Positions 35,057 to 52,567 of a stretch of 64,000 nt of DNA are shown here, one piece after another. The number at the start of each line of letters is the position of its first letter. Within the stretch, counting starts at the first letter, position 1. Both the position numbers and the translations under genes were made by a program. The notes beneath the pieces were generated by a model. It saw only the letters and a program-made list of their open reading frames with translations. It had not been told where the DNA came from and searched no databases. Origin of the DNA: Trichosphaerium sp. ATCC 40318. Lineage: Eukaryota; Protista; Tubulinea. The stretch spans positions 62,001-126,000 of the forward strand of contig JALMLS010000451.1 in NCBI GenBank assembly GCA_038496445.1, read 5' to 3'.

Positions 35057-38000
35057 ATGAAGAGAAAGGCGTCACAGTCTGGAAACAGCATCCCTTTAAG
35101 CAAAAAAATGAAACCAACAGCGTCAACCGCAAAGGTTACAGATGTTCAGAAGTTGTATGAAGCGGAAATCGGGTCTTTTGATCAGTTTACTGCTAAGAAG
35201 TTCTCAGAGCAGATAGGTACGCGAGAACGCGTTGAGTAAGGTTTTTTTTTGTTCTGTTTAACAAAACCACAGCAAACAAGCCTTGGTTGGATTCAATAGA
35301 CCTGAAAGTTGAAGATGCGAAGTATTTCGAGTTATTTAATGCCGGTGGGTAACAACGGTGCTTTTGTCAATTTGACAGACGTTTAGATCCTGCCACAAGG
35401 TCAAATAAGCACTATGTTGCCGAAGATTTCCGTTTGGGTACAGACGAGATGGGATTACTCAAAAAAAACGGTTTTGTTGTCTCCTCTCGTTTAGGTGATG
35501 GAAGTCCAGGTACGCAATACTATTAAAGCTTTACAACGAAAGGAACTTGACACAGTTACAGGAAAAACGTATTTTAAAATTTTCTCAAACGACTTGCCTG
35601 TCTTCATTACAGCTGACTCAATGCTTCACGCGTGGCACTGGTACGAATGAATAGAGAAAGAGTCACCTTTTCTTTTTCAAAGCTTTCTCTTTGTTACTTC
35701 TTATTGCTGCCTTAGGTCCTTTGACAAGAGCACCATGGAGCTAGAGACGTACTACCACTCTCCAACCCTACGTGATATATTGTTGGGTATGCTCAAGGCT
35801 GTATCCGCGTTACGTAGGACTATCAAAAGTGACAGTGTATTCCACAAGTCATTGGACGACGCAGACTTGTTCCTTAAAGTAGCGTTACAGCTTCTCCGAT
35901 TCTCTAGTTCAAGAGACCTCGATAAAGCTCAGACCACTGTATCAGATCCTACCGGTGCTGTAAACAGCTTTACAAGAAAAGCACTGGCTGGTAAAGGCAC
36001 TGAAATTGTTGAGCTGTTTGGTGATAAACGGTACAAAAAAAAGTCAGCACCTTTTTTCTTCTTTTGACACGTGCACAGGAGCATCGATTTTTCCAATTTT
36101 ATACCACGAGGTCATTACGATAGAACCAAAGAGCTGCAATGTTATTTCAGAAGCTTTTCTTGGCTCTCTGGCATCGACTTTCGCATTGCCGGTGGTAAAG
36201 CTGCTGACAATGAAAATAACGCTAGACAACTTGCAAGTACCCTGGTATTATTCGAATTACTACGTACTTCCCGTGGTCTCAACAAGGTAAACATCATTCA
36301 TGTATTCATTTCATGTTACTTACAGAGTCTTAGTGGAAAGATTTACACAAGACAATTGCATTCTTTGCTGGCACTTCCGATGCTGCTGATTTTCATAATC
36401 TAGAAACAGTTTTGAGTTGGTGGGGTTGGGACAAGGACCCCTTGGGTAAAATCAAGACGGAAACCGATTTGATTAAGCTCCAAACATCCATCAATGTATC
36501 TAGAACAGGAAAAGTACTCATAAACACTGATCCTTCTAATCTAAAGCCTGACGAAAATAATACTCCTGATAGATGTGAATTTAGGTAAAAATATGCACTT
36601 CTCTTTTTTGACCTTTTTTTTGATAAAAAAAAACTTACCTCCATGTTCTAGATTCATTGGTGGCTGCTTTGTGCTTGACACGTGGGCCATGTCTAAGTTT
36701 GTAGGTAAAATGAAGGATCCAGCAACCCAGCAGGAGTTTACTAGGCGTACACTATCAAGTCTCGATATCGCATACTCTGTCCTTGTACGTGTATTCATCC
36801 AACCTTGCGTTAAGCATATCTCATCATGTTAGAATAACGAGGGAGCTGGTATGATAATCTCAGACCGAATCAACGGCAAAGTACCGCCTCCAGAACCCAA
36901 GAGGCGTACTGATGTCTTCTCCTACCAAGAAACGCCTAAAGCAGACTTGGGTGCCAAGATTGGCACTATCAAAGCCATCACCAGCAAGGGCTATCGAGAA
37001 AATAAGGTTGTAACTACCTTAGCTGTTGACGTTTACGAAAATGAACCTATTGACCACTTCTTGTTGGACATACTCAAAAAATACCTGGAAAGCCAAAAAC
37101 CAGTACAAGATGACTTGAGTTATCTCATGTGCGAAAAAAACCCAGCAGTGCGAACCTGTAATTTGCTTATCACTGTTTTAGGATCAACTGTTATAGTGAG
37201 GATTATGCAACAAGATATACTGATCAATCCAAACTCGTAACGGACTATGGTATCGGAAGTTCAGTGACTGAGGTTCACTTTACTTACATTAACATGAAAG
37301 ATGTACGCACTTTGGGTTTTAACACTTAGAACGTGCTTAAGCTTTGTAGCGCTTGAAGTGGGAGACAGGACCAGAAATATATCCACATCATATTCCATCC
37401 AAGCTACGTGATGGAAAACCTTTCCAACACCAACTCGAGGTGCGATGCCTAAAAGGTACTTGTAGGCTTATGATTTGTAGTGTGTAAGAAAGGTTATTAA
37501 TGACCTTCCGGATGAAATATGGAGTCAGTCAGTGTACAACATGTGGTTGACTGCATTGAGGGAACTATCAGCTGACACTACATCCGAAGCATACCCTCAA
37601 GGTATGCCTTAAATTGGATTGGATCATTTCTAACTGAACTGTTAGCAATGCGTACAAAAGCTTGGAAACTCAAGGACGTGAATACTCAAGCAGCATCTTG
37701 GACACAACTTCGTCATGACTTTATCCTTTATATCAAAAAACTAACGCTCCGTGGTGGTTGCTTTTATCCTGATGGCTATGTGGAACCACGTGTTAAAGCA
37801 CGTGATAAATATTAACTTTTTTTTGATAATTCGTCTCTCACGTGGTGCTAACTGGTTTTTCTTAGTTCTGGGAAGCCATGGAGAAAATGGCGTTGTTTCA
37901 AAGCAACATGTTACTAGCTCTGCCTTTCCCTAAGGGAAAGCATGACATAAAGGACTGGCAAGGAAAAGTTTACAAGACAATTAAATATGATGATATTAAA

Positions 38001-38679
38001 AACAATCAAGCCCAATTCTACCGTAACTTCGCAAATAAAATGGGTAGATTGAAGGATATTGCAGCAAAACAAGTTGCTGGAGTTAAGCACGGTGATAAAG
38101 ATGTAAAGTTTGTCAAAACCATAATGGAAAAATTGCAATTCGGTTCTGGACCTCCTATTCTCGAAGGTAATCAAACTACATTAGTTTTGAGGTGTCTTTC
38201 AGCGCTTTGCTCACCACTGACAATCCGCAACCAAATTCTAAATCGTATTGTAGGATGGTATCCAGGATTATTCTTTGGATCTAGGACTGGTTGTGTTGAC
38301 TATGATTCTGCTGTGGTTAGTTAATACAAATTAATTGGTTACTTCTTTTACCTTAACACATTGTGTTCCAGGTTGCTGACGTTTTCGATCATATGCCTGA
38401 TCCTCTAACACACGATGCTGGTGGAGTGCTACACCAAGGTATAGAGCCAGCTGTAAACAAATAACTCACCTGCCTTAATTACTAGGTGTAACAAACACTA
38501 CCAATTTGCTCTTAATTGCTGTCGATACGAAATCCGGAACAGCCATGTTTGCTGGGCCAACTATGGATCATTATGAGTTTGAAACTGCGCCTGGAGGGCG
38601 ATACACAGACAAGGAGTGGCAAAAATTATCATTGCGAAAACCTTCACGTCCTGCTTGGTTAAGTAATTTCATGGTATAG
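35057..38679 (+). CDS. DUF3160-family protein with an internal insertion
   Basis: DLPVFITADSMLHAWH, IDFSNFIPRGHY, RFIGGCFVLD, SVYNMWLTALREL, TQAASWTQLRHDFILY, GYVEP, VADV..GVLHQG, GPTMDHYEF..RYTDKEW..RPAW. Confidence 0.82.
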
Positions 38680-38840
38680 TCGCAATGGACTGTGAAGCAT
38701 GACATGCGTCAACCTTTCAACCCCCTTACAAAAAGGAAATAAACTTAGTTTTAGCACATGTGACTATTGATGTAATCCATTGTGAGTTGCTGAAGTTATA
38801 CCAAGACTCTAGAGTTGATAGTGTTTGAAGATTTTTGGTT

Positions 38841-42351
<3,511 letters not shown>

Positions 42352-42638
42352 TCGAACTATTTACGCGTTGGCTACTCGTTGGAGCGATTGTTCTGTTTGG
42401 AGGTTAAGGCACGAGAATTATTGTCGTTGACACTTGTAAAAACTCTAACTAAAGTCGACAATGTCATTATTTTAGTCCAATAGGCTGTTTTTTAATGAAC
42501 GCAAGCAGAAATACGGTTGAAAACGCTATGCCATCGTAAACATTATTTTATACTCACTGGCCGTCACAATAGTTTATATGGTGAGCAAATACATCGTACA
42601 CAAAATTACAAACGTTTTTATGAAATTACAAGGTTAAT

Positions 42639-42860
42639 TTAGTTGTAGTACAGCTCCAAGCCCATACCGTCTTTGATTTCGTAGTCTTCTAATGTAATAT
42701 GATCCTTGTAAATAGTATACCATTTTTGCAAGCGAATCTTCTCTGGTTTGGTGCCTGTCTGCGCAGCGATGATCTTCTTTAGATCGCCGATTGTATCATC
42801 AGGATTACACTTTACGCGCACTTTCTTGCCAAGTCTGTCGTTTACAATAATTTCTATCAT
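42639..42860 (-). CDS. UBL5: Ubiquitin-like protein 5 (Hub1)
   Basis: Intronless 73 aa [30 protein letters not shown]. Confidence 0.98.
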   Translation of the reverse strand: MIEIIVNDRLGKKVRVKCNPDDTIGDLKKIIAAQTGTKPEKIRLQKWYTIYKDHITLEDYEIKDGMGLELYYN

Positions 42861-43083
42861 AGTAGGAGTGGTTTATAACGTTAGAACAGTATTCGAATGG
42901 TGTAATTGGCGCACTTATTTGTGATTAAGGCCACTTGAAAAAAGCAAAGAAAAGGGTATTACTTCCTTCTCATAACTACTGGTGAACACTCTTACATGGC
43001 TCTCACCGAAAGGTACAAATCAAATAGCAAAATTTTTATGACACTTGACACATTGCAATAATAATAAAAACTATTGCAATGTT

Positions 43084-43525
43084 TTACCATTGCAAGGATG
43101 AAGAAAGTTTACATGGTGGTTCTGTCGGATTAGCTGGCATAGTAGAGTGAGTTCCATCGCAGAAAGGAGGCGCTTTGGTGTATTTACAACCACAAATAAG
43201 GCTTAGTTTTGTGTTTGGTGCTGTAAAGACGACAGGTGCGAATTTAGGTTTGCCATCGTCTCCAAGAATTGTCAAATGTGTATTGTCGCAAAGCGGTTGG
43301 CTCTGAAGCTGTTTAGCACTATTTACATACACAGCTTACCTTGCTTGCGCCGCAACTGCACCATCTATAGCTCTTTCCAGGCTCTAATTGGAGAGTGTAT
43401 GGTGCGTACATTGGAATTTGAGGTATATGATCCGCAACGACGCTTCCAACACTGTGACTATATCATATTGTAAATAATTCGTACCACGCACGCTTTGTAG
43501 CTTCCTCCTTGTTGTTCTCAGCCAT
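43084..43525 (-). CDS. CDGSH iron-sulfur protein with two CDGSH motifs (CISD3/MiNT-like)
   Basis: WCSCGASKSQPLCDNTH and ICGCKYTKAPPFCDGTH. Confidence 0.9.
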
Positions 43526-43647
43526 CGATGTGTGGACCTACTGTAACACCTTGAATTATTAAACTTAGGCGGCTGGCTTGCTGTAACGGCCTTTAACTGT
43601 AAAACATTCAACAAAACATAACTTAAGCTTATTTTACAGTAACAACA

Positions 43648-45380
<1,733 letters not shown>

Positions 45381-45561
45381 GCAATAAACACGCCTTCTTA
45401 ATACTCATTTTGTTCCAGTTGTGATGTTTTACAGCTTAGTAATACCATCAAAATTCACGTCTCACAACGGATTGCCGTGGCGTTTTACAGTGCATTTCAA
45501 TATCCAAACTTTGGCCTTGTACTCTCTTGAGCCATAAACAACTACAGGCGTTCATACAGTT

Positions 45562-46986
45562 TTACTTTATTTCATTTGGGAGCATAACTGGCATTGGTGA
45601 TGTTTTTTTTGGAGGTGTAATAAGCGGTTTTACTTTTGAATTTACTTCCCGTTCAAACTGAACATGTGGTGCATGGTGCTTAATTGTAGCTGCAACTGCA
45701 TCAACGTCGATACCATCCCACCAATAAGGAACGGCAATAAGCGTAATACCTGCCCTTTCACATTCATGCAATTTCTCCGTGTCACGTGCTTCTCGAACGC
45801 TAACGGATAGTCCTTCTGGAAAGATTCTATCAAAATAGTGTTGTTCGCCTTGTAGATATTAATACCATTAAGGAAACAAATGAGCTCACCTTGATACTCA
45901 ACAGCAATATTAAAATCTGCTATAAATATATCTACAGTCATAACTGTTCCAGTAGACTTCTTTATACCAATACAATGCTCTTCACTTATCTGTGCTGAAG
46001 GCCATAATCTTTGAATAGTATGAAACAATAGCCTGGATAGATTTAACTTGACAGAAATTTCCAGAAAAGAATCAAAAGAACTATACCTTTGCATTGACTT
46101 CTTTGATGGTATGTCAAATTTTGACCAATCCCACACATAGAAAGGATCCAAAGTCTGCAACGCGTAAGGATAGTACGGACGTAATGCAGAACCGCCCAAA
46201 TCCTTTATGTTATTATATGAAACGCGGTACCTGAAAAACAAATGTGAGAAGCAAAAGGTACTTGTGAAAACAATAATACCAATCCTCCATTTTCTTTATA
46301 TGCAGGTCTGCTGAAATACTCTTCAGGAAATTACGTTGGTTGGTAGCTCTCGTCCAAAACCCATGGTCACGTGTCTTACGCTGCTCTAAGCGCGGAGCAT
46401 CAGGGTATAGCATGCTAATAGCACGTCGTAACGATCCACCATAGTGACTATTTTAAGTGTTTGTTGGCTTTTGACACATGATTGTTTTCATTTGCAATTG
46501 GCAGCTTTCTACGTACATGTTTAAGATTGATCCACCTCCTAGCTTCTTTACTTGAATAATTTTCACACGTTGCCAATCAGTTACATGCTTTACATTTAGT
46601 TTTTCAGCGATAGCCTCTAATTTTTGTATTTGATTCTCTGGTGAGCTCCAGTGCTTATGTGGAGCAACTCTATGACAGTTAGGCCACTTAGTGGCACGTT
46701 GTAAGCTTACTCAAATTTTGAATCATCCCAGTCATGTTTTGGATATGCCTTACGCAAGGAATTTATCAGAGGCCCATCGCTGTTGAGTTTAGGAGTGTTT
46801 TGTCAAGAAATGTTTAACGTACGTCTCTAAGGTATTCCTCGTTATACCTACACCTTTAACAGTAAATATTCTCTGTTTTGGTACAGTATACCAAGCATCT
46901 AGATGTTTGACACTTAATTTCTCTCCTAATCTATTAAACCTGTTCTTGTACGTAGCGTGTAAAGCCTGATAGTAAGCAACACGCAT
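45562..46986 (-). CDS. Tandem-repeat protein (~3 units) with C-terminal PD-(D/E)xK-like (Vsr/DUF559/RAP-type) nuclease domain
   Basis: Repeats WYTVP..YPKHDW..PHKHW, WQRVK..GGGSIL..YGGSL..YP..GFW, MEDWYRVS..; then TVDIFIADFNIAVEYQGEQHY..RDTEK..GITLIAVPYWWD; 3' end approximate. Confidence 0.82.
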
Positions 46987-47294
46987 TTATAGCGGGTGTC
47001 ACATTATACAGAACAAACTACAAATAGCACAGTGGCTTAAAACAACTTGGCTCTTTTTTTCAGCCTAATCTTCCTTGTACATTAATTTTTTACTCTGGTA
47101 ATATCAAACAAACAGTTACAAGTGTTGGTTAAAGAAACATTTGTGCTACTTGGCGTGTGAATTCTCCCAGTGTAGAACTTCGTCGCAAGATAACCTGCAC
47201 ACTACTTACACCAAGCCAAGCCGCTGATCATATTCAACAAATTGTTCGCAAATTTTGGGTGCGCTTGCTTCGCCCCGCTTTATGTACACTAATA

Positions 47295-48874
47295 TTACAC
47301 TGCTTCATCTGGAGTTGCGTCAATTATTCTCTTACAGTAAGGGCAAGACTTATTGCGATGTAACCACTCATCAACGCCTGTAAAAAATACTTTTAGGAAC
47401 TCATAAAAAAATAAAACAAAACTCAGTGAAACGTACACTCAGCGTGAAAATGATGTTTGCAAGGCAAAGTACGTAATCCATCTCCGTCGTCATATTCGGA
47501 TAAGCAAATTGCGCACCTGAAACAAGGTAATCAGAGCCAATAATAAACAGCGGAAAAAACAAAAAAGAAAAGAGTCAAGCAGGACTTACTTTGCATCGTC
47601 TGCTTCATACATCCCTTCTGTAAATACAACCTCTTCTGTCGTTTTACCAATAACCTTATCTGAAGCGCCTTAAATATATATCAGTATTGTACGGTGCTTA
47701 CTTGTTAGTAAGTACCTCGATTTTCTGAGCGGAACAATGTTGGATGAAATATGTAAAGTAATCCCATGAACATCAACGAACAACAACAAAACATAAATGC
47801 CAGACCAACGATTGAAAGATGTAATATGATCAATGACATACAAAGGCGATATAAATGATGCGACTAAAATATCATCAGACGCGGTAAAAAAATATTTTTA
47901 AGTTCGTACGCAAGTTTTCGAACGGAAGGTCCAAACCATCCCCATTATGAACCAAAACAGCCAGAATAAATTGAGGATTCTCTCAAAGAAGAATACAACT
48001 TTTCTATGTAACCTTTGTTCGAGTAAGTTTAGCTCAAGTGCGTGAGTTAAAAGGATAAGTTTTTTTTGATTTTTATAATCATAATTTCTTTTCCACAAAA
48101 GTATACACGAGCTCACTCGTACAATAGCCAATTTTATACATACCTTTGAGACATTGTTAAATTCTCTTCGTTGTGTCGTCGTAGCATAGGTTTTATGACG
48201 TAGGCCAAGTACGTTTCAACAATTAATGTTAACACCTGAAAACATAAGAAAATCCACACCCACCTTTGCATGATAAGTAAAACAATTGTTGTAGGGCTAA
48301 TCAAGCTACTAGTTTTCGTAATTCATGAAAAAAAGATAGTGAGGTAATAACAGTACAAGTTTAAATGTATGTTGTTGGCGGTTCAGGTTACTAGCGAATA
48401 GAAACGTACTCTTTTAGTGGTTGATCGCAAGGTTTGTTCCTGTCAATTGTTGCGACGGTTGCTATAGGAATACAGACGCCCAAGAAATAAATACAGTACA
48501 GAAGATGAATCAGGCTGTTAAAAAATTGTTAGACGTTTTCTTTTAACACAAAACCACTTACCTTATCTTTCGCCTGGGCCTAGCTTCTGGTTCGTCGTCA
48601 TCCGGAGGAAATACAATGTGGTCGTTACCGTCTAATAAGCCACTCGCTTCATCATCAGACGCATTTAGCGCGTACAAGTCTAGATTCGCAAACTCATCGT
48701 CTGTTACAAAATCTCCTTGCTGAAACTGCGCAGGCTCATCTAATTCTATGGCTGCATCATCGTCAAGAGGCCCAAGGCTTTCTTCGAGCTAAAAACCAAT
48801 TAACACGCTTTGCCACATTTTTGCTAGCGAACTTGGTTTATGGTAGTCTCGTCAACTTCTTCTATATCAGACAT
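47295..48874 (-). CDS. Multi-pass membrane RING-H2 E3 ubiquitin ligase
   Basis: CDQPL, TM segments incl. [41 protein letters not shown]. Confidence 0.9.
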
Positions 48875-49142
48875 CAACTAATGCCTCGTATTCAACCAAA
48901 ACGCCAACTTACATGGTAAAAACAAAGTACGCTCCGCCAAAAAACCTCGTGAAACACTTTCACCAAACGGAAGTGCGCAGGTCCGCGGTGTTACCATGGC
49001 GGTAAAAGCACTGCATCGTTGAAGCAACGATGGTACAATTGGCTTTTGTCCAACACAGAAAAACAACTTTCGCGCTCCTTTTTAAAGCACCCTCAACGCA
49101 ACAAACACAATGTAACAAGCACCGCTAACGCGAGTCGCGGGT

Positions 49143-49160
49143 TGTGATCACGTGATCACA
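49143..49160. promoter_or_regulatory. Perfect 18 bp palindrome centred on an E-box (TCACGTGA) upstream of the cathepsin gene
   Basis: tgtgatcacgtgatcaca, ~57 bp before the cathepsin ATG; the palindrome is seen directly, its regulatory role is inferred. Confidence 0.45.
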
Positions 49161-49216
49161 TTTAACTTTGACTTTTCGTAGTGAAATTTTCCAATTGTTT
49201 CAAACAAATACAAAAC

Positions 49217-50587
49217 ATGCAACGCCTCCTTCTACTAGCACTTGCCTTCGCGGTCTTGGCTTTCGCCGCCCATGGTAACGACTACAAACGTCAATTCACC
49301 CGCTGGGTCCGTACGCACGGTAAAACCTACAGTGCCACCGAATACCGCCCAAGGTACGCACTTTACAAGCAAATTAGGAAAAAAAATGATTCTGATACAC
49401 GTTTTTAGATTTAAAGTATGGAAGCGTAACGCTAAGTTCATCGAGCGCCACAACGCTGATGAGACCAAGACCCACAAAGTAGCAATGAACCACCTCGGTG
49501 ACTTGTCTAGCCTTGAATTCCGCTCTGTCTACCTTGGTTTCAACGGAAACACCAAATCTGGTGTCTCTGTAACTAGCGAGAGAGATGCTGCTGTACCAGA
49601 TACCTGGGATTGGAGGCCAAAAGGCGCTGTTACTCCTATTAAGAACCAAGGACAATGCGGTTCTTGCTGGTCGGTACGTAACCCCCGAAAATGCTTTTTC
49701 TTTACGCACTGTTTCACCATACGGTTACAGCGTATTTTTAGTTTTTTTATCGACTAATTCTCACGTGACCAAAGATTTATATTATTGTTTTAACTTTTCA
49801 TTATAGTTTTCTGCCGCCGAATCTACCGAAGGTTGTCACTTCCTCGACACTGGTAAACTCGTCGGTCTCTCTGAGCAAAATTTGATGGACTGTTCCCAAT
49901 CATACGGTAACCAAGGATGTAACGGTGGTTTGATGGACCAAGGTACGCGTTACCCTTTTTTTTTTTTACTTTTCGTACCCAATAACTAATTTTTTCAATT
50001 AGCTTTCGAGTACATCATCAAGAACGGTGGTATCGACACTGAATCTAGCTACCCGTACGCTCTTATTTTCTGATATTTCATAAATTTTCGTGTATTTTTC
50101 GGTCGTTTTTGGTACTAATCACGCTCTGCAGATACCAAACCGAGTCAACATTCGACTGCAGATACAAGGCCGCTAACTGCGGTTCTACCGTCACATCTTA
50201 CAAAGATGTTCCTTCTGGTGATGAGAACTCTTTGATGTCTTTCGTCTACGCTGCCCCTACCTCCGTAGCTATTGATGCTTCCCACCAATCCTTCCAATTC
50301 TACAGCTCTGGTGTCTACTATGAACCAGAATGCTCTTCCTCCCAACTTGACCACGGTGTTTTGGCCGTCGGATACGGTGCCTCAGGAAGCTCCGACTACT
50401 GGTACGCTACAATAACAAGCTCATAAGATACTTGATTTTTTTTATTGACTTCTTTTTTAGGATTGTCAAAAACTCATGGGGTGCCGGTTGGGGTGACTCT
50501 GGTTACATCATGATGAGCCGTAACCGCAACAACAACTGTGGTATCGCTACTTCTGCTTCCCGTCCTTTGGGTTGCAAAGACTGCTAA
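49217..50587 (+). CDS. Papain-family cysteine protease, cathepsin L-like
   Basis: Signal peptide, I29 prodomain (MNHLGDL), [38 protein letters not shown]. Confidence 0.96.
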
Positions 50588-51217
50588 ACTTCCCTTGTAC
50601 TTCGCGCATAATCAGCGAATTTTAAATAAACTTTTGTTTGATTTATTCTATTGTCAGTCAAATTAATTAGCTTCCGTCCAGATCATTTTTGAAGTCTTGA
50701 CGTTTAGTATCGACTATTGCTGGTAGTGTACCTTGTCCGTACAATTTCAAGTTAATAACCAACGGAGTTTATGCGGATAAACACTTGGATTGAAATACAA
50801 AAATGCCTACGCTAAAACGTGATATAAAAAGGTGCGCAAGCCAAATATTTCTATTTAATAACTCTAGTAGCCACATCGAGCGAATAAATTTACCTTGCTC
50901 CAATTAGCAATAGTAGTCTTATTTGCTACATAAAAAGGAAAGGAAATTGTGCGTAGCCGAGCAACATAACTCAGCATTTTTACATTGGCTCAAATGGAGG
51001 TAAAAGGGCTGGGAACATTACAAAATCACAATGTGTATAAATATGGAGGTTCTCGTCTTGGTTAACAATGTATGATTCACTTTATAAAGAACAAAGTAAA
51101 ACAGAAGCTTACTAATTTGACTGACAACTACAATATTGTTTGGTTGATTCGTTTACTCTCAAATAAATTTATTGTACAAAAAGTACTCATCTGAGTACGA
51201 TAAATTACATTTTAAAA

Positions 51218-52309
51218 TCACGTGTAAAGACTTTGCGTAGAGCTCAGATGTGTCCAACCTCTCTTCCTAAATACACCATTACTTTTGAACATGTCAAGTG
51301 CTAGTACGTACAAATGTGTTGGTGCAGATGTTGATGCCTTCGCGTGCGTGACTGCGTATTTGTACCCTCGTTTTCTTGCATCATCGAGGCGCATTTTAGT
51401 TATGCCCAGATTTAAACCACGTTTTTTAGCAGAGGGTAACGTTGCTCCAAGCTGCAAGTTAATGGTACTATCTTTTTCAAAGTACGCTGTCATACCAATC
51501 GCCTGAGGTTCGGTCGCATCTATCAAAGTAAGCAACCGAAGCAATAGGTGTACGAACGCACCACGCAACTTTCCTAGGTAGATATCGACGTCACACTTCG
51601 ATTTTATAGCACTCTCAGCATATCTAACTGCAGACTCCTATTTTACTATGTGAGAATTTATCTAGATAAAGCGCGTACTATATCGCATCCACAGCACTTG
51701 CTTATAATCTTTCCAATCTTTTTATAGTCTCTAGTGAATGATTAGACTATTATTTTACACCTTGCAAGCACGTGTACGTTTCTTTCCAAACGTCAATGTC
51801 GTCGGCCATTGTATAGTTGTCGCTATTTGTTGTAGACCCCAGGCAATGATACAAACTATGTTTTAACCCATAGTCACGTGTTAACTTCGTAAAAAGTCCT
51901 TTGACGCTCCGATGGGTGTAATTAGGGTCTTCTATGATATCCCAAGCGAGGACATCTCCACAACTCAACGTTTTTTTTATTGCGTTATCTACACTTATTC
52001 CCTTCGGATCAAAATGAGTAATAAGGCACGTTTTACTGTTGGTCATCTGCGGATCATAACGACCAGTAACTCCTTCGATGGGAATGGCTTGAAGTGTCAG
52101 TTTTCATTTTATTGATAGTTCGTACGACGCCCTGGTAGTGCTGAAAATGGCCTAGGATACAATCTTATGGCATCGTAGCAAACTCTAGTTAGTTTTACTA
52201 TCTCTTCTGTGGCGAGTTGTTGTGCTGTATGATGAACAGGTATTGTTGGTACAGCTCTAGAGTTAGGTCTAGAAACTCGAACAGCTGCTTTGGCGTAGAT
52301 ATGAGCCAT
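51218..52309 (-). CDS. GNAT-family acetyltransferase-like protein
   Basis: C-terminal GATLPSAKKRGL..RLDDARKRGYKYAVTHA..SAPTHLKRGW resembles the acetyl-CoA binding motifs. Confidence 0.7.
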
Positions 52310-52567
52310 TTGTGAATAAAGAACGAAAGCCAATTTTATTATTAGAATGATTGATTATTTTAACGTCGCACTTCGGAAAAACTAATGTAACGCGATGGAC
52401 TTGAAAAGTGTAGTTTGGTCATTACTAGGATAGAAAAACAATACTTGATGGTTTGAAAAGTGGGTGCTTGTTGAAATTACATTGAAGGGGGTTACAAGAA
52501 CGATTCTGGAACGTTATTTCGAAAGCCACTTTCAAAAAATGTAAGAATTTTACTAACCTAAGTGGAG

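Noticed and set aside
50600-51200. Possible small gene in the cathepsin-GNAT intergenic gap
   Set aside because: No convincing spliced frame or recognisable motif
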